IMG/VR virus record: IMGVR_UViG_3300010883_000001
Coordinates: 81,182 to 145,181 of that record
Origin: a virus
Length of the DNA stretch: 64,000 nt
Strand: one strand, 5' to 3'
Part shown: in pieces, positions 40,935-51,352 of the stretch
Position numbering within the stretch: the first letter of the stretch is position 1
How the letters are laid out: every line of letters starts with the position of its first letter
Position numbers and translations under genes: made by a program
Notes under the pieces: model-generated
What the model was told of the DNA's origin: nothing
What the model saw: only the letters and a program-made list of their open reading frames with translations
The model's database searches: none

Positions 40935-41745
40935 TACCATTGCACTTTTTGACATGGATGGCACGCTAACACCGGCTAGAAAGAAAATTGATGATAGTAT
41001 GATTGGTCCTATGATCGATCTATTAAGTGTCACACGCGTTGGAATCGTGTCTGGTAGTGGTATCGACTATATTACGCAACAGTGTAATGGATTGTTTAAA
41101 GAGTTGCTGGCGCGCCATAGTCTTCGTGAAAATCTAGATATCTTGCCATGTAACGGTACTCAGGTATATAAGCTTGATCCAATGTCACATGAAAATCCTC
41201 TCGTAAAAAAATATGCAGTTGATATGATCCAAAAGGTAGGAGAAGAAAAGTATAAATCTCTTATTTCAAAGATTATATCATTAACACATGAGTGCCAGGC
41301 GAATAATAATATTCCTTGCACTGGTACTTTTATGTCGTACAGAGGTAGCATGCTGAATTGGGCTCCCTCGGGTCGCGATTGTAATTTTGATAAAAGGCAG
41401 GCGTTCATGGATTTTGATAAAGATGCGGGTCTTCGTGTCGATTTAGTTGAGAGGTTGGCATCATTTGTTGAGGATGAGCTACATGCTAATATAGACATGG
41501 CCATTGGTGGTGAGATTTCAATTGATATATTTCCGACCGGATGGGATAAGACCTACGCTCTGCGTCATTATCCGGATTTTATCTATTCTTTTGTCGGAGA
41601 TAGGTGCACTCCACCGGGAAATGATTATCCCATATATTCTAATGTGGAGAACCTGGGATACCCCGTATATAATGTTTCAGACCCTTCAGACACTATAGAT
41701 ATAATTAACAATAGACTTATTCCTTATTTTTCTAAAGGACAATAA
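40906..41745 (+). CDS. HAD-IIB phosphomannomutase-like enzyme (eukaryotic PMM type)
   Basis: LFDMDGTLTPAR, VSGS, YRGSMLN.AP.GR, IGGEISIDIFPTGWDKTYALRH, FVGDR..PGNDYPIY. Confidence 0.8.
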   Translation: MNVVKKKLSNTIALFDMDGTLTPARKKIDDSMIGPMIDLLSVTRVGIVSGSGIDYITQQCNGLFKELLARHSLRENLDILPCNGTQVYKLDPMSHENPLVKKYAVDMIQKVGEEKYKSLISKIISLTHECQANNNIPCTGTFMSYRGSMLNWAPSGRDCNFDKRQAFMDFDKDAGLRVDLVERLASFVEDELHANIDMAIGGEISIDIFPTGWDKTYALRHYPDFIYSFVGDRCTPPGNDYPIYSNVENLGYPVYNVSDPSDTIDIINNRLIPYFSKGQ

Positions 41746-41747
41746 CA

Positions 41748-43013
41748 ATGGGATTAATTCACCTCAGTCACTTACACGAAAATATGTCTTTGACGTTTGG
41801 CGAGATAAAGGCCGTATTTAGCGGTATAACTACAGGAGAAATTCAACCGATTGAAAAGTTTGATGGGCAGAGTATATTCTTTAAGTGGAATGCGCCAGAT
41901 AGTACAGTCCGGGTTGCATACAGCGCATCAGAGATCAGAGCTGGGGGCAAGACAATCGAGGAGTTTTCTCAACGGTGGATTGGCCACCCCGCCGAGAATG
42001 CGTTTGTTGGGGGTGCCGAGGCAATTCAACTAGGGGTTCAGTCACTTGATGACGCTACCTTGCTGACAATCTTTGGGGATAGTGGGAATAGCTTTATTGC
42101 AGCGGAGATAATATATCCAGACAACCCGAATATGATAAATTATAATGGCAATTATATTGCGATGCATAACCTGCAGAAGTTTGATGATGCCGGGAAACCG
42201 GCAGACGCGCAGCTAGCAGGCGGAGAGTTTGGGCAGCTAATATCTGCGATAGAGGAGGCAGAAGAGGCTGCCGATCAGAGTGAGTGGTCAGTAATAGGCC
42301 CCCAAATTACCAACATTCAAGATTTAGTATCAGGTGATACTGTAGCAGAGTATATCTCCCAATTAGACGTTGTTTCTGGGATGAGTGATAATGCAACAAT
42401 TGGTGATTATGTTGAAGAGCAGCTTCGGGCCGGCCCAATTTTTGATTTACCAATTCCCATTACTAAACAAGAGGGTTTAATTAAGCTTATTTTGAAAAAA
42501 GATGGCGCTCCACGGTTAATTGACTTAAAGAAAGGATTACCAAGAGATGTCGCAGCGCAAGTTTCGGCACTAGGCCAGGCTAAAAATAGGAATAAGGTTG
42601 TTGGAAATGCTGTTAGCAAGATCGAGGGAGTGATTAGTGATTTTGCTATAGAAATTTTATCCGGAGTTGAATCAGTAATTGTAGGTTCTCACAGTGAAGA
42701 GATTTCTAGACTAAAGACAATGTTGAATGATGCCGTCACGCAGATCGAGGCTGCGGAGGGATCAGATGATTTAATGCCTATGGTTGAAAAGCAGCTTGAA
42801 AAGTTAGGCGGAATTGATAAGATAACATCTACCGTAGAAGGGATAGTATTTGAGTATCCAGCTGGCAGTAAGCAGTTATACAAATTGACCGGCGCTTTCG
42901 CAATGTTGAATCAGATTGTTGGCCGGGCCCGAAGGTTGCCTGCTCCCACGAAAGAAAGCGAGCAAAACGAGGCTCTCTTGCGTAATTATGTAAGGGCATT
43001 TATAACGGGATGA
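41748..43013 (+). CDS. Ligase-family (KxDG) nucleotidyltransferase, RNA-ligase-like
   Basis: EKFDG (motif I), AAEII, EGIVF, YKLTG. Confidence 0.55.
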   Translation: MGLIHLSHLHENMSLTFGEIKAVFSGITTGEIQPIEKFDGQSIFFKWNAPDSTVRVAYSASEIRAGGKTIEEFSQRWIGHPAENAFVGGAEAIQLGVQSLDDATLLTIFGDSGNSFIAAEIIYPDNPNMINYNGNYIAMHNLQKFDDAGKPADAQLAGGEFGQLISAIEEAEEAADQSEWSVIGPQITNIQDLVSGDTVAEYISQLDVVSGMSDNATIGDYVEEQLRAGPIFDLPIPITKQEGLIKLILKKDGAPRLIDLKKGLPRDVAAQVSALGQAKNRNKVVGNAVSKIEGVISDFAIEILSGVESVIVGSHSEEISRLKTMLNDAVTQIEAAEGSDDLMPMVEKQLEKLGGIDKITSTVEGIVFEYPAGSKQLYKLTGAFAMLNQIVGRARRLPAPTKESEQNEALLRNYVRAFITG

Positions 43014-43020
43014 TGATAGA

Positions 43021-44706
43021 ATGAATCAAGAATTAGTTAGACAACTTGTGCGTGAGTGGTTGAATGAATTATTCGATGAGCCGAAAACAGCAGGTTATTA
43101 TAAGCCTCGTCACGGGGGTTACACTGGCCCAGGATTGAACCAGGCCAGCGATAATCATTCTTATGTAGAAGATGGTTCTTGGAACCCTACTGGCCTATCC
43201 AGCTTAAGCGTTTTCGGTAATGTTTCGAGGGCAAGAGACGGTAAAACCGGCTACAAAGTTCAACCAACAGACTCTGTTGCAGCGGAGCTTAAGCAGTTTT
43301 TTGAAGAGTCAGGTGCAACAAAAGACGAAATCGTCGAGCTTGGCCAAAAAGTAAAGACTAAAATTGACGCTATTTTTACGTCTGCGCTTAAAGCGATTCC
43401 GGATCTTGATCCTGCAAAGTGGGATGGCCCTAAAATTCGTGGAAAAGACGAGATTACGGGTGCAGTAGGCTATAGGTACGATCACCCAGGCTTATCTGCT
43501 CCATTTATGGTTAGCTTACACGGTATCACTAGCGCAAGAGGTAATACAACTGAAAGAACTCAAAACGTCGCAGGTTACTGCATGAACATAGCGTTGACAG
43601 CTCCACCACCACAAGGGCCCGGCCTAAAAGTAAAGGACTTTACTCAAATAGCCAAAAAGGGCTCAACTGTTCCAGATGTCAAATTTAATTTTGAGAACTC
43701 TGAGCCTATCATCGTTGAAGTGAAACAAGACAACGCTTATCTTTTTGATAAAACAATGAGTCGAGACGGTGTAACAAGCAAAAAAGCAGCTAGAGCTGGT
43801 TCAATGATCGACAAAATGGCGGTGGCACTGGCAAAATCTGTTGCAGGGGTTTCAAGTAGTTTTCCTCGCGGATCAATTGCATCATTAGCAGACTACGTTG
43901 ATGCTCTGAGGGCTGATCCGGTGGTGAAGAAGGCCGTGTCAAAAGGCGCGCCCATGCCGGGTTATGCAGGCGATGGCGGAGGCACTGCAGCGAAAGGAAG
44001 TCTTCCAGCAGCATATTTTTCGCTGCCTGACTCAAGTAAGGGTTTCTTAGTGCAAGTGCTTCAGGAACACTGGGTAGAGGGCGGGGACAATTATTTGGCA
44101 GTAGTTTCCGGTAATCAGTCTTATGTGTGGTTTACTGGAAACGGTAAAAACCTTTTAGAAAGCATGGGTGTCAAATCCTTCGGTCCGGAATCGTTCACTA
44201 GCGCAAGATTAAGAAATGGATCAGCGGGAGAAGGAAAGATAAGGGTCATGGTCGATGTTAAGTTTAACCTGACAGATGGCTTTGAGGTGTGTGCCGGCAA
44301 AGGTGCATTCATGAATGAAGCGCTAGTACGAGAATCCAGGGATATTCAGAGACTGCGTAGTGTAATCAGGGAATCTCTTTTGATGGAAGAACTAACTCGC
44401 TCAGACAAGGTTGAGGTTGGTAGAATAATCCGAAAAGAGATTGACAAAGATCGAGCAAAGCAAAAGAAGGTCGCGAGGACCGAGGCAGAAGAAGAGATCA
44501 AGAAGGCTTTAGGAGTCTCATTCTTTGGGAGCAAAGGAAAGATAAATAAGTTTGTTGTGGACGCTATTCATAGTGAAGTTACCAAGCTTATCAACAAAGG
44601 CCAGACCCGTGATGATATTGCCAAGATAACAAAGGACGTTATCAAGAAGCTCTACAAAGAGCTAGCGGTTGCGCAGGCCCCAGTCATAGACAGGATCAAG
44701 GTCTAA
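43021..44706 (+). CDS. Multidomain hypothetical protein with possible PD-(D/E)XK domain
   Basis: PDVKF......IIVEVK; several tag-like helices (LVRQLVRE, LRSVIRE). Confidence 0.5.
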   Translation: MNQELVRQLVREWLNELFDEPKTAGYYKPRHGGYTGPGLNQASDNHSYVEDGSWNPTGLSSLSVFGNVSRARDGKTGYKVQPTDSVAAELKQFFEESGATKDEIVELGQKVKTKIDAIFTSALKAIPDLDPAKWDGPKIRGKDEITGAVGYRYDHPGLSAPFMVSLHGITSARGNTTERTQNVAGYCMNIALTAPPPQGPGLKVKDFTQIAKKGSTVPDVKFNFENSEPIIVEVKQDNAYLFDKTMSRDGVTSKKAARAGSMIDKMAVALAKSVAGVSSSFPRGSIASLADYVDALRADPVVKKAVSKGAPMPGYAGDGGGTAAKGSLPAAYFSLPDSSKGFLVQVLQEHWVEGGDNYLAVVSGNQSYVWFTGNGKNLLESMGVKSFGPESFTSARLRNGSAGEGKIRVMVDVKFNLTDGFEVCAGKGAFMNEALVRESRDIQRLRSVIRESLLMEELTRSDKVEVGRIIRKEIDKDRAKQKKVARTEAEEEIKKALGVSFFGSKGKINKFVVDAIHSEVTKLINKGQTRDDIAKITKDVIKKLYKELAVAQAPVIDRIKV

Positions 44707-44788
44707 TTAGAGACCCCAATTAACAAACATTCATTAGAATACTATTTTTATAATATTGCTATAGCTTTATTTGGAGACAGTACCATCA

Positions 44789-47074
44789 ATGAAAAACGTA
44801 ATTTTATTTCTTGTTACTCTTGCGTTTCTTGTGTCGTGCAAGGATGAGACGCCGGCGGGACAAGGTGCAGATGATCAGGAGCTCCCCCCTCGATTATCAT
44901 CTGACAATCCAGATGCTTCTCTAGAGCCAGATGTTCATATTTTAGACTGGCAACCCTCACTCCCTCCGGAGCCTGAGCTCACGCGTGAAGAACGCTGTGC
45001 ACAGATACCGGTTATCGAGACTCAAGAATATTGCCTGTGTTTTCCACAATGTTGTGATAACCAGAGGTGGTACTGCCCACCAAACCCCCGTCAGACAATA
45101 GACGTAATGCAGGTCGTTGTTGAGATTTGTGATGAGAATAAGGTACCTTGCATATTTGGGATTGACCCGGGTTGTCCGCCACCTGAAATATTATCACGAG
45201 GTGAATGCATCACACAGTGGGAGTGCCCTCCGGGAACAATCGGCGAGTTTATACGCTGGTTTGAATGCCAGCTTGAGGATGGTACGTTGGGTAGACAACA
45301 GATTATTTGTGACAAGGGCAATTTGCAACACATGCCTTGTCATCCATGTGATCCGGAGGTCTGTGACGATGAGGACAATGATTGTGATAACATCATTGAT
45401 GAAGGTAGATTTCCATGTGAGACGCAGTGTGGCGAAGGGTGGGGTTTTTGCATAGAAGGGCAAGTTGTTGATTGTAATGCGGCGAATCCTGGTGAGGAAA
45501 GATGTAATTTCCTAGATGATGACTGTGATGGCACCATTGATGAGGGTCAGAGGAATGCATGTGATGAATGTGGCCCATTATCCATAGACATATGTGATGG
45601 TGCAGATAATGACTGTGATGGTACTGTTGATGAAGAGTTAGTTCGGGAATGTGAAACTGCATGTGAAAGAGGTATCGAGACATGCGAAAATGGTAACTGG
45701 ATATCGTGTACGGCACAACAACCGGTTGATGAAGTGTGTGACGGCGCAGACAATGATTGTGACGGTCGGATTGATGAGCAACTAGATTGCCTATGTACGA
45801 TCCAGGACGTAGGAAATCTAATGCCTTGCTCAGAGCCACCGTTATTGTGTGGTCAGGGATTTAAGACATGCGAGTGTGTAGATCCGGATTGTCATGAGTT
45901 GAGAGTGACAGAGTGTGCAGCGTTATGTACGTATGTACCCCAACCACCTCCATGCGATCCTAGGGTTGGGATTGCTTTGGGGCAAGAAGAGTGTAATAAT
46001 TTTGATGAAGACTGTGATGATCTAATTGATGAGGGTTTGAGACAGGCATGTTATACCGGTGAGCCAGAAACACTACTTACGGGTGTTTGTATTCCGGGTG
46101 AAGTATATTGTGATAGGGGTACCTGGGGAAATGATAGAAATAATGCATTTGATCCAGGATATTGTTCCGGAGAAGTAACGCCTAGCGAAGAGATCTGTGA
46201 TGGAGCCGATAACGATTGTGACGGTGAGATCGATTACGGAGAAGAGATAAGGGATACTGATATTTTATTTATTGTCGACTGGTCTGGATCAATGGATCAG
46301 GAAATAGAGGCAGTTAAGATTGCATTGAATAGATTTGCACAGCATTTTGAGGCTGAGATACCACTTCAGTGGGGGTTGGTGGTTGGGCCAAAAGCATTTC
46401 CACATGCAGTTGGTCATGAAACGTTAGTATTAGTTTCAAATATATCTCCATTTGATCAATTCTTAGCTGCATTTGCGGCTTTGGGAAATGAAGGCATGTC
46501 CACCGGTAATGAGATGTTGCTGGACGCAATTTATTTTGCCGTAAGGAATATCTCTGGTAACGCCAATATAGACATTGCTGCGCTACAGTGGAGACGGAAT
46601 GTCGATTCAATCCCGGAGAAAGAAAATTTTAATATTACCTGGCGCCCAGATGCTGATAGGATCATCATTGTATTTACGGATGAGGCTGAGCAGTCTTATT
46701 TGGATCCTCAAATTACAAAACTTCATGTCGAAGATGCTTTAAGAGCAGGTATAAATCTTAAATTATACACATTTTCAATTCCTCTTATCGGAAATTGGGA
46801 AGAAATTTCTCAGGCCGGAAATGGATCTAGTTTCCCACTGTCAGATAATGCAGTTGTTATGTATAATGATCTAATGTCTATCATCGATGAAGCATGCCTC
46901 CCTAAACCGGCTAATCAACCTCAACCGGCTGCTGCAGATATTGGTGATGGGTCGGCAAGGATGTACATCACAAATTATTATGCTAATTTTTATGTAGGTG
47001 GATATGTACGCACTATTAACGAATATTCAGCCTACGATAAATATTATGATTATCATATAATGGAGTGTCGTTGA
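44789..47074 (+). CDS. Lipoprotein with Cys/Asp-rich metal-binding (MopE-like) repeats and a vWA domain
   Basis: Lipobox LVSC; repeated E.CDG.DNDCDG.IDE; MIDAS IVDWSGSM; FTDE. Confidence 0.8.
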   Translation: MKNVILFLVTLAFLVSCKDETPAGQGADDQELPPRLSSDNPDASLEPDVHILDWQPSLPPEPELTREERCAQIPVIETQEYCLCFPQCCDNQRWYCPPNPRQTIDVMQVVVEICDENKVPCIFGIDPGCPPPEILSRGECITQWECPPGTIGEFIRWFECQLEDGTLGRQQIICDKGNLQHMPCHPCDPEVCDDEDNDCDNIIDEGRFPCETQCGEGWGFCIEGQVVDCNAANPGEERCNFLDDDCDGTIDEGQRNACDECGPLSIDICDGADNDCDGTVDEELVRECETACERGIETCENGNWISCTAQQPVDEVCDGADNDCDGRIDEQLDCLCTIQDVGNLMPCSEPPLLCGQGFKTCECVDPDCHELRVTECAALCTYVPQPPPCDPRVGIALGQEECNNFDEDCDDLIDEGLRQACYTGEPETLLTGVCIPGEVYCDRGTWGNDRNNAFDPGYCSGEVTPSEEICDGADNDCDGEIDYGEEIRDTDILFIVDWSGSMDQEIEAVKIALNRFAQHFEAEIPLQWGLVVGPKAFPHAVGHETLVLVSNISPFDQFLAAFAALGNEGMSTGNEMLLDAIYFAVRNISGNANIDIAALQWRRNVDSIPEKENFNITWRPDADRIIIVFTDEAEQSYLDPQITKLHVEDALRAGINLKLYTFSIPLIGNWEEISQAGNGSSFPLSDNAVVMYNDLMSIIDEACLPKPANQPQPAAADIGDGSARMYITNYYANFYVGGYVRTINEYSAYDKYYDYHIMECR

Positions 47075-47090
47075 GACCAAGGATATATTA

Positions 47091-49397
47091 ATGAATATTA
47101 GATTATGTATGGCAATTTTTTTATTGATTGGATGCGAGGATTCAACGATTTCACAATCCCCGATGAAGAGAGATGCTTCACGATCTGAGGCAGGCCTAGG
47201 CCTATTATTACAAGACGTTAATATACCAGGTGAACAGTTAGATGTTATGATTATACGCCAGTGGGATGCAAGACAACCGGTTATTGATGCTATTGTTGAC
47301 GCTGCTCCCCCGGAGGTTTGCGAGAGACTTGGTCTTAGAGAACCATGTCAAATAGAGGGTTTGTCTGGACCCTGTGCCATAGGTGTTAAGATATGCAATG
47401 TTACAAGCTGGTCAGGATGTAACCCGATCAGCTTTTCCAGAATAGAAATATGTGATGCTATTGACAATGATTGTGACGGCCGGCTAAACGAGGCGCCTCA
47501 TGGGTTAGCTGATGAACAGCTACCGCCGCAACACCCAATATTGTTTCGTAGTTGTTATACTGGTCCTGCTGGTACATCAAAGGAGGGAACATGCGCACCG
47601 GGTATATCAGTCTGTATGGAAATGAGAAGGGATACTGATGCAGGTGTTGAAGTGTATTATGACTATGGCACATGTGAACAGCAAATAATACCATCTGAAG
47701 AAGAGTGTGATTTATTTGATAACGACTGTGATGGCCAGACGGACGAGGGTGTCTTAAATGTCTGTAGCGAATGTGCACCTGATCCTATTGAGGTATGCGA
47801 TGGTCTCGGCATTGATGAGGATTGTGATGGTTTGATCGATGAAAATTTGTTGAACGTCTGTGGTGAATGTGGTGATGATCCCATTGAAGTTTGTGATGGC
47901 GTTGATAATAATTGTGATGGAAATATAGATGAGGAGCTTTTAAATGACTGTGGCGAATGTGGTGACGTGCCTCATGAGTTGTGTGATTTTGTTGACAACG
48001 ATTGTGATGGAAATGTAGACGAAGATTTTGCTAATGAGGTATGTGCATGTGATCACCCAGATTACGTTCCTCAGCCAGAAATATGTAATGGCGCCGACGA
48101 AGACTGTGATGGGTTTATAGACGAAGGGCCGGATGGTGGCCCTTTATCTAGATTATGCTCTACAGATTTAATGACAAATGAAATTATAACATATGACAGG
48201 CGAGAAGATGGTCCACAATATGTTGCTGGCGAATGTCGTCTAGGAATATCCCTCTGTGAATTGGGTCGAAATGCTGCCGGCGAGATGCAGCGTGGATATT
48301 ACGGATGTTTGCAAGAGATACGGCCTGGGGTTGAAAGGTGCAATGAGATTGATGATGACTGTGACGGAAATGTAGACGAAGATTTCATGCAGGGTAGTGT
48401 TGCTGTCATGATGGTCGTTGACGTATCTGGCTCCATGGATCAGGGTGAGCTACAGGCAGCTTTTGATGCTACTAGAAATTCAGTCCAAAGATTATTTAAC
48501 GATGGGGTTGTCGACGTATGTTATATGCTAGCAGTTGTCGGTAATAATGATATGCCTGATCCATACTTGTTTTACCCTGGAGATACGTGCGTTCCTGGTG
48601 TTGAAGATCCGCGAGTAGTCCCGATTGAAGATATGTCTAACGCGGTAAATACTTTGAGATTGAATTTGTTAGCTGGCATTATTAATCAGGGTGGCGCAAC
48701 AGAGAATACTTTGGATGCTATAGGTAGGTTCCTTACAGATGATCTGATCGATTGGGATAATGATGGTATACCAGAAAATATTCTGTGGAGTACTAATCGT
48801 CCTGCAGCTCAGATTCAAGGAATCCAAGATGCATGGGATGTAGACCTCAGCCAGTATACACATCGTATTGTTGTAGTGATAGGCGATGAGCCGGCCCAGG
48901 GAGCTGAATGGGGTAACCATGATGCAGCTCGAGCCATGGCTTGGGCCAATGGTATGGTTTTCATAATAGGTACTCAGCAAAATATTTGGAGCTATCAACC
49001 GCTAATCGATTTCGGTGCTGTTCATTCCGACGGGTTAGATGGATTTGGTGCACAGAATGCCCAGCAGATATCTGATGCCGTTACTGAGGCCATTGAAGAG
49101 GCAGCCTGTATTAACAGAGGCCAGGAAGAACAAGAGCATGAAGAGATACCTGGGGAACAGGCAAAAAATATTAGTTTGCCAAATACGTTTTTAGCTAATA
49201 TCAATCAAGCACATGATAAGATTATGAACGTACTTGTATACTCATGCGAAAACTGTGATTTTTTTAAAGATGATTATTTTATGAAGAACATTTTTCATAA
49301 TAATAAACCTGCTAGTAATACCGCAGAGTTTTATTATACGCATAATCAATGTTTAAATGTCAAGCCTGAACAATCTGTCATTTATACGTTTGATTAA
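47091..49397 (+). CDS. Second lipoprotein with MopE-like repeats and a vWA domain
   Basis: Lipobox LIGC; repeated E.CD..DNDCDG..DE; MIDAS VVDVSGSM; IGDE. Confidence 0.8.
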   Translation: MNIRLCMAIFLLIGCEDSTISQSPMKRDASRSEAGLGLLLQDVNIPGEQLDVMIIRQWDARQPVIDAIVDAAPPEVCERLGLREPCQIEGLSGPCAIGVKICNVTSWSGCNPISFSRIEICDAIDNDCDGRLNEAPHGLADEQLPPQHPILFRSCYTGPAGTSKEGTCAPGISVCMEMRRDTDAGVEVYYDYGTCEQQIIPSEEECDLFDNDCDGQTDEGVLNVCSECAPDPIEVCDGLGIDEDCDGLIDENLLNVCGECGDDPIEVCDGVDNNCDGNIDEELLNDCGECGDVPHELCDFVDNDCDGNVDEDFANEVCACDHPDYVPQPEICNGADEDCDGFIDEGPDGGPLSRLCSTDLMTNEIITYDRREDGPQYVAGECRLGISLCELGRNAAGEMQRGYYGCLQEIRPGVERCNEIDDDCDGNVDEDFMQGSVAVMMVVDVSGSMDQGELQAAFDATRNSVQRLFNDGVVDVCYMLAVVGNNDMPDPYLFYPGDTCVPGVEDPRVVPIEDMSNAVNTLRLNLLAGIINQGGATENTLDAIGRFLTDDLIDWDNDGIPENILWSTNRPAAQIQGIQDAWDVDLSQYTHRIVVVIGDEPAQGAEWGNHDAARAMAWANGMVFIIGTQQNIWSYQPLIDFGAVHSDGLDGFGAQNAQQISDAVTEAIEEAACINRGQEEQEHEEIPGEQAKNISLPNTFLANINQAHDKIMNVLVYSCENCDFFKDDYFMKNIFHNNKPASNTAEFYYTHNQCLNVKPEQSVIYTFD

Positions 49398-49952
49398 TTT
49401 ACTGTGCTTTTTTGTCCATCCTGAAAACTGCTTACCTTCATGATCCGGATCACCATGTACATCATTCAATTTCCAGATAATGACGTGTATTAATTCGTGT
49501 ATTAATGAAGAAGTCCAGATTTGACTAGTCTTAATCTCAACCCAGATTTGACTTTTTGATAATGCTAATCCACTAACATATGGATTTTTTAATTTTTTTC
49601 CGTTTTTATCATATGCGGACGGTACTATTTTTGGTATTATACTAACTTCTATTCGCAAGCCTCTTAACATTTCCCAAACTAATAATTCCGAAGTTTCAAA
49701 TGTATTAGAGTATTCTTCTACAAAAATATGAATTGCTTTTGATAATTTTTGCTTATTGAATATATAGTCATCACATCGTTCAGGGTGCATTATAATACCT
49801 GGTGTGGCAGGTATTATTTTTTCTATCTCTTGATCCTTTGTACAGTCATATTTTTCAACACTATGTTTTTTGCTATATGATGTACATGAAGGTATTACCA
49901 TCATTAAAATGATGCACGGAATTGATATTGTTGTGAATTTTCGATTTATCAT
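49353..49952 (-). CDS. Putative lipoprotein zinc metallopeptidase
   Basis: Hydrophobic leader ending PSC; LIHELIH (HExxH). Confidence 0.55.
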   Translation of the reverse strand: MINRKFTTISIPCIILMMVIPSCTSYSKKHSVEKYDCTKDQEIEKIIPATPGIIMHPERCDDYIFNKQKLSKAIHIFVEEYSNTFETSELLVWEMLRGLRIEVSIIPKIVPSAYDKNGKKLKNPYVSGLALSKSQIWVEIKTSQIWTSSLIHELIHVIIWKLNDVHGDPDHEGKQFSGWTKKHSKLIKRINDRLFRLDI

Positions 49953-49966
49953 TCATTTTTAAATAT

Positions 49967-50575
49967 CTACCCGACGATTATTTCTCTAATGAAATTTCTA
50001 ATTAGCACTTCATTTTGATCTTGCCTTATTAATATATTGAATATATTTTGTCCGTTAGCGCCGGCCGGCATCGCTGTAATAAACCCTTCGAGATCTTTAG
50101 TTTGTAGCATGTGCCTAACTTTTGTACCACTAATGTTGGGCGTACCTTCACCTCTTGTAAGGCTACCGGGGTTTTCTTCTGCAGCAAGTAGACATTTTCC
50201 ACTAGATCTTAGGCTATTACAATACTTTACAAGGCTAGTTTCTGGATAATTTTGTGCTGTATCAACTGGATCTGAATAAACGACATAAACATCAGATGAA
50301 CCTGAATCATTCGCGGCACTTAATGTTTCATATACGTTTCTAACAGGCGATCCCCCATACTGTATTTCAACATTTCCAGGCATAATATTTTCAAGTTCTT
50401 CTTGCCAGACCTTTAACATATCGGTACCAAAAATAGGAAATTCACCGCTTCGCTTTCGATCGGACGTTGAAACAAATAAGATGACTTTCTCGTTTTCATT
50501 GGCAGCTTTTGTCACTAAGGCATGGTGCCCCGCGTGATAAGGTTTTGCCGAAACTGGTACTAGGCCAATTCTCAT
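49967..50575 (-). CDS. HxGH-family nucleotidyltransferase (cytidyltransferase-like)
   Basis: AKPYHAGH, ISGTKVR; C-terminal NEVLIRNFIRE tag. Confidence 0.7.
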   Translation of the reverse strand: MRIGLVPVSAKPYHAGHHALVTKAANENEKVILFVSTSDRKRSGEFPIFGTDMLKVWQEELENIMPGNVEIQYGGSPVRNVYETLSAANDSGSSDVYVVYSDPVDTAQNYPETSLVKYCNSLRSSGKCLLAAEENPGSLTRGEGTPNISGTKVRHMLQTKDLEGFITAMPAGANGQNIFNILIRQDQNEVLIRNFIREIIVG

Positions 50576-50619
50576 ATATCATTCCTTTATATTATTACTA
50601 ATTATACTATGACTATCAT

Positions 50620-51288
50620 CTATGTTTTAGTCTTGATAATTTTAGATAATTCATCCACTAGCTCTTGCGATGTATCAACGATATTAATTAACTCCATATC
50701 ACTTTCTGATATCAGCCCCTCATGTAAAAGTATGCGAAAGTTAATTAGACGTTTCCAGAATTCTTTTTGGAACAGAAATACTTTCTGTTTCGGAATTTTG
50801 TTGGTCTGGATTAGTGTTAGAGTCTCAAATAATTCATCAAGTGTCCCGAATCCCCCGGGAAATACGACGATGGCTACTGATTTTTGTAGGAATGAAACTT
50901 TTCTTGTGAAGAAATAGTTTAGTATTGCGCCCTTACCTTCGGAGACACCATCATTTAATCCATTTTCATGAGGTAAATCTATTCCAATTCCTATAGATTC
51001 AAATCCCGAGTTTTTGGCTTCTTCATTTACGTATTTCATAACCCCGGGACCACCTCCAGTGACAAAGTGAAATGTTTGTTTCCCATGTTCATTCTGATCC
51101 CATTCACAGAGATTTTTGACCATATTTCGTGAGTGCCGCTCAATATAGTCATAACATTCAGAATTGGCGGGAACAGTATCCATCCTGGCCGAACCGAATA
51201 CGACAATTGTTTTTTCTACGTCTTCGAAAATGGCATCCGTAGTTTCAAGATCTTCTTTTATTTTTTCTATTTTTTCCATTTGTAGCAC
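50620..51288 (-). CDS. LOG-family nucleotide phosphoribohydrolase
   Basis: VFGSAR, TGGGPGVM, FFTRK, PGGFGTLDELFE. Confidence 0.9.
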   Translation of the reverse strand: MLQMEKIEKIKEDLETTDAIFEDVEKTIVVFGSARMDTVPANSECYDYIERHSRNMVKNLCEWDQNEHGKQTFHFVTGGGPGVMKYVNEEAKNSGFESIGIGIDLPHENGLNDGVSEGKGAILNYFFTRKVSFLQKSVAIVVFPGGFGTLDELFETLTLIQTNKIPKQKVFLFQKEFWKRLINFRILLHEGLISESDMELINIVDTSQELVDELSKIIKTKT

Positions 51289-51352
51289 CTAGTTTTTCTA
51301 TGTATATTTTTCATATATTATTGGCATTTAATTTATACTAGCATTTCAATGA

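Noticed and set aside
45340-48400. CRISPR array or DNA-level repeat
   Set aside because: The repeats are degenerate, in-frame protein repeats with no constant repeat-spacer structure
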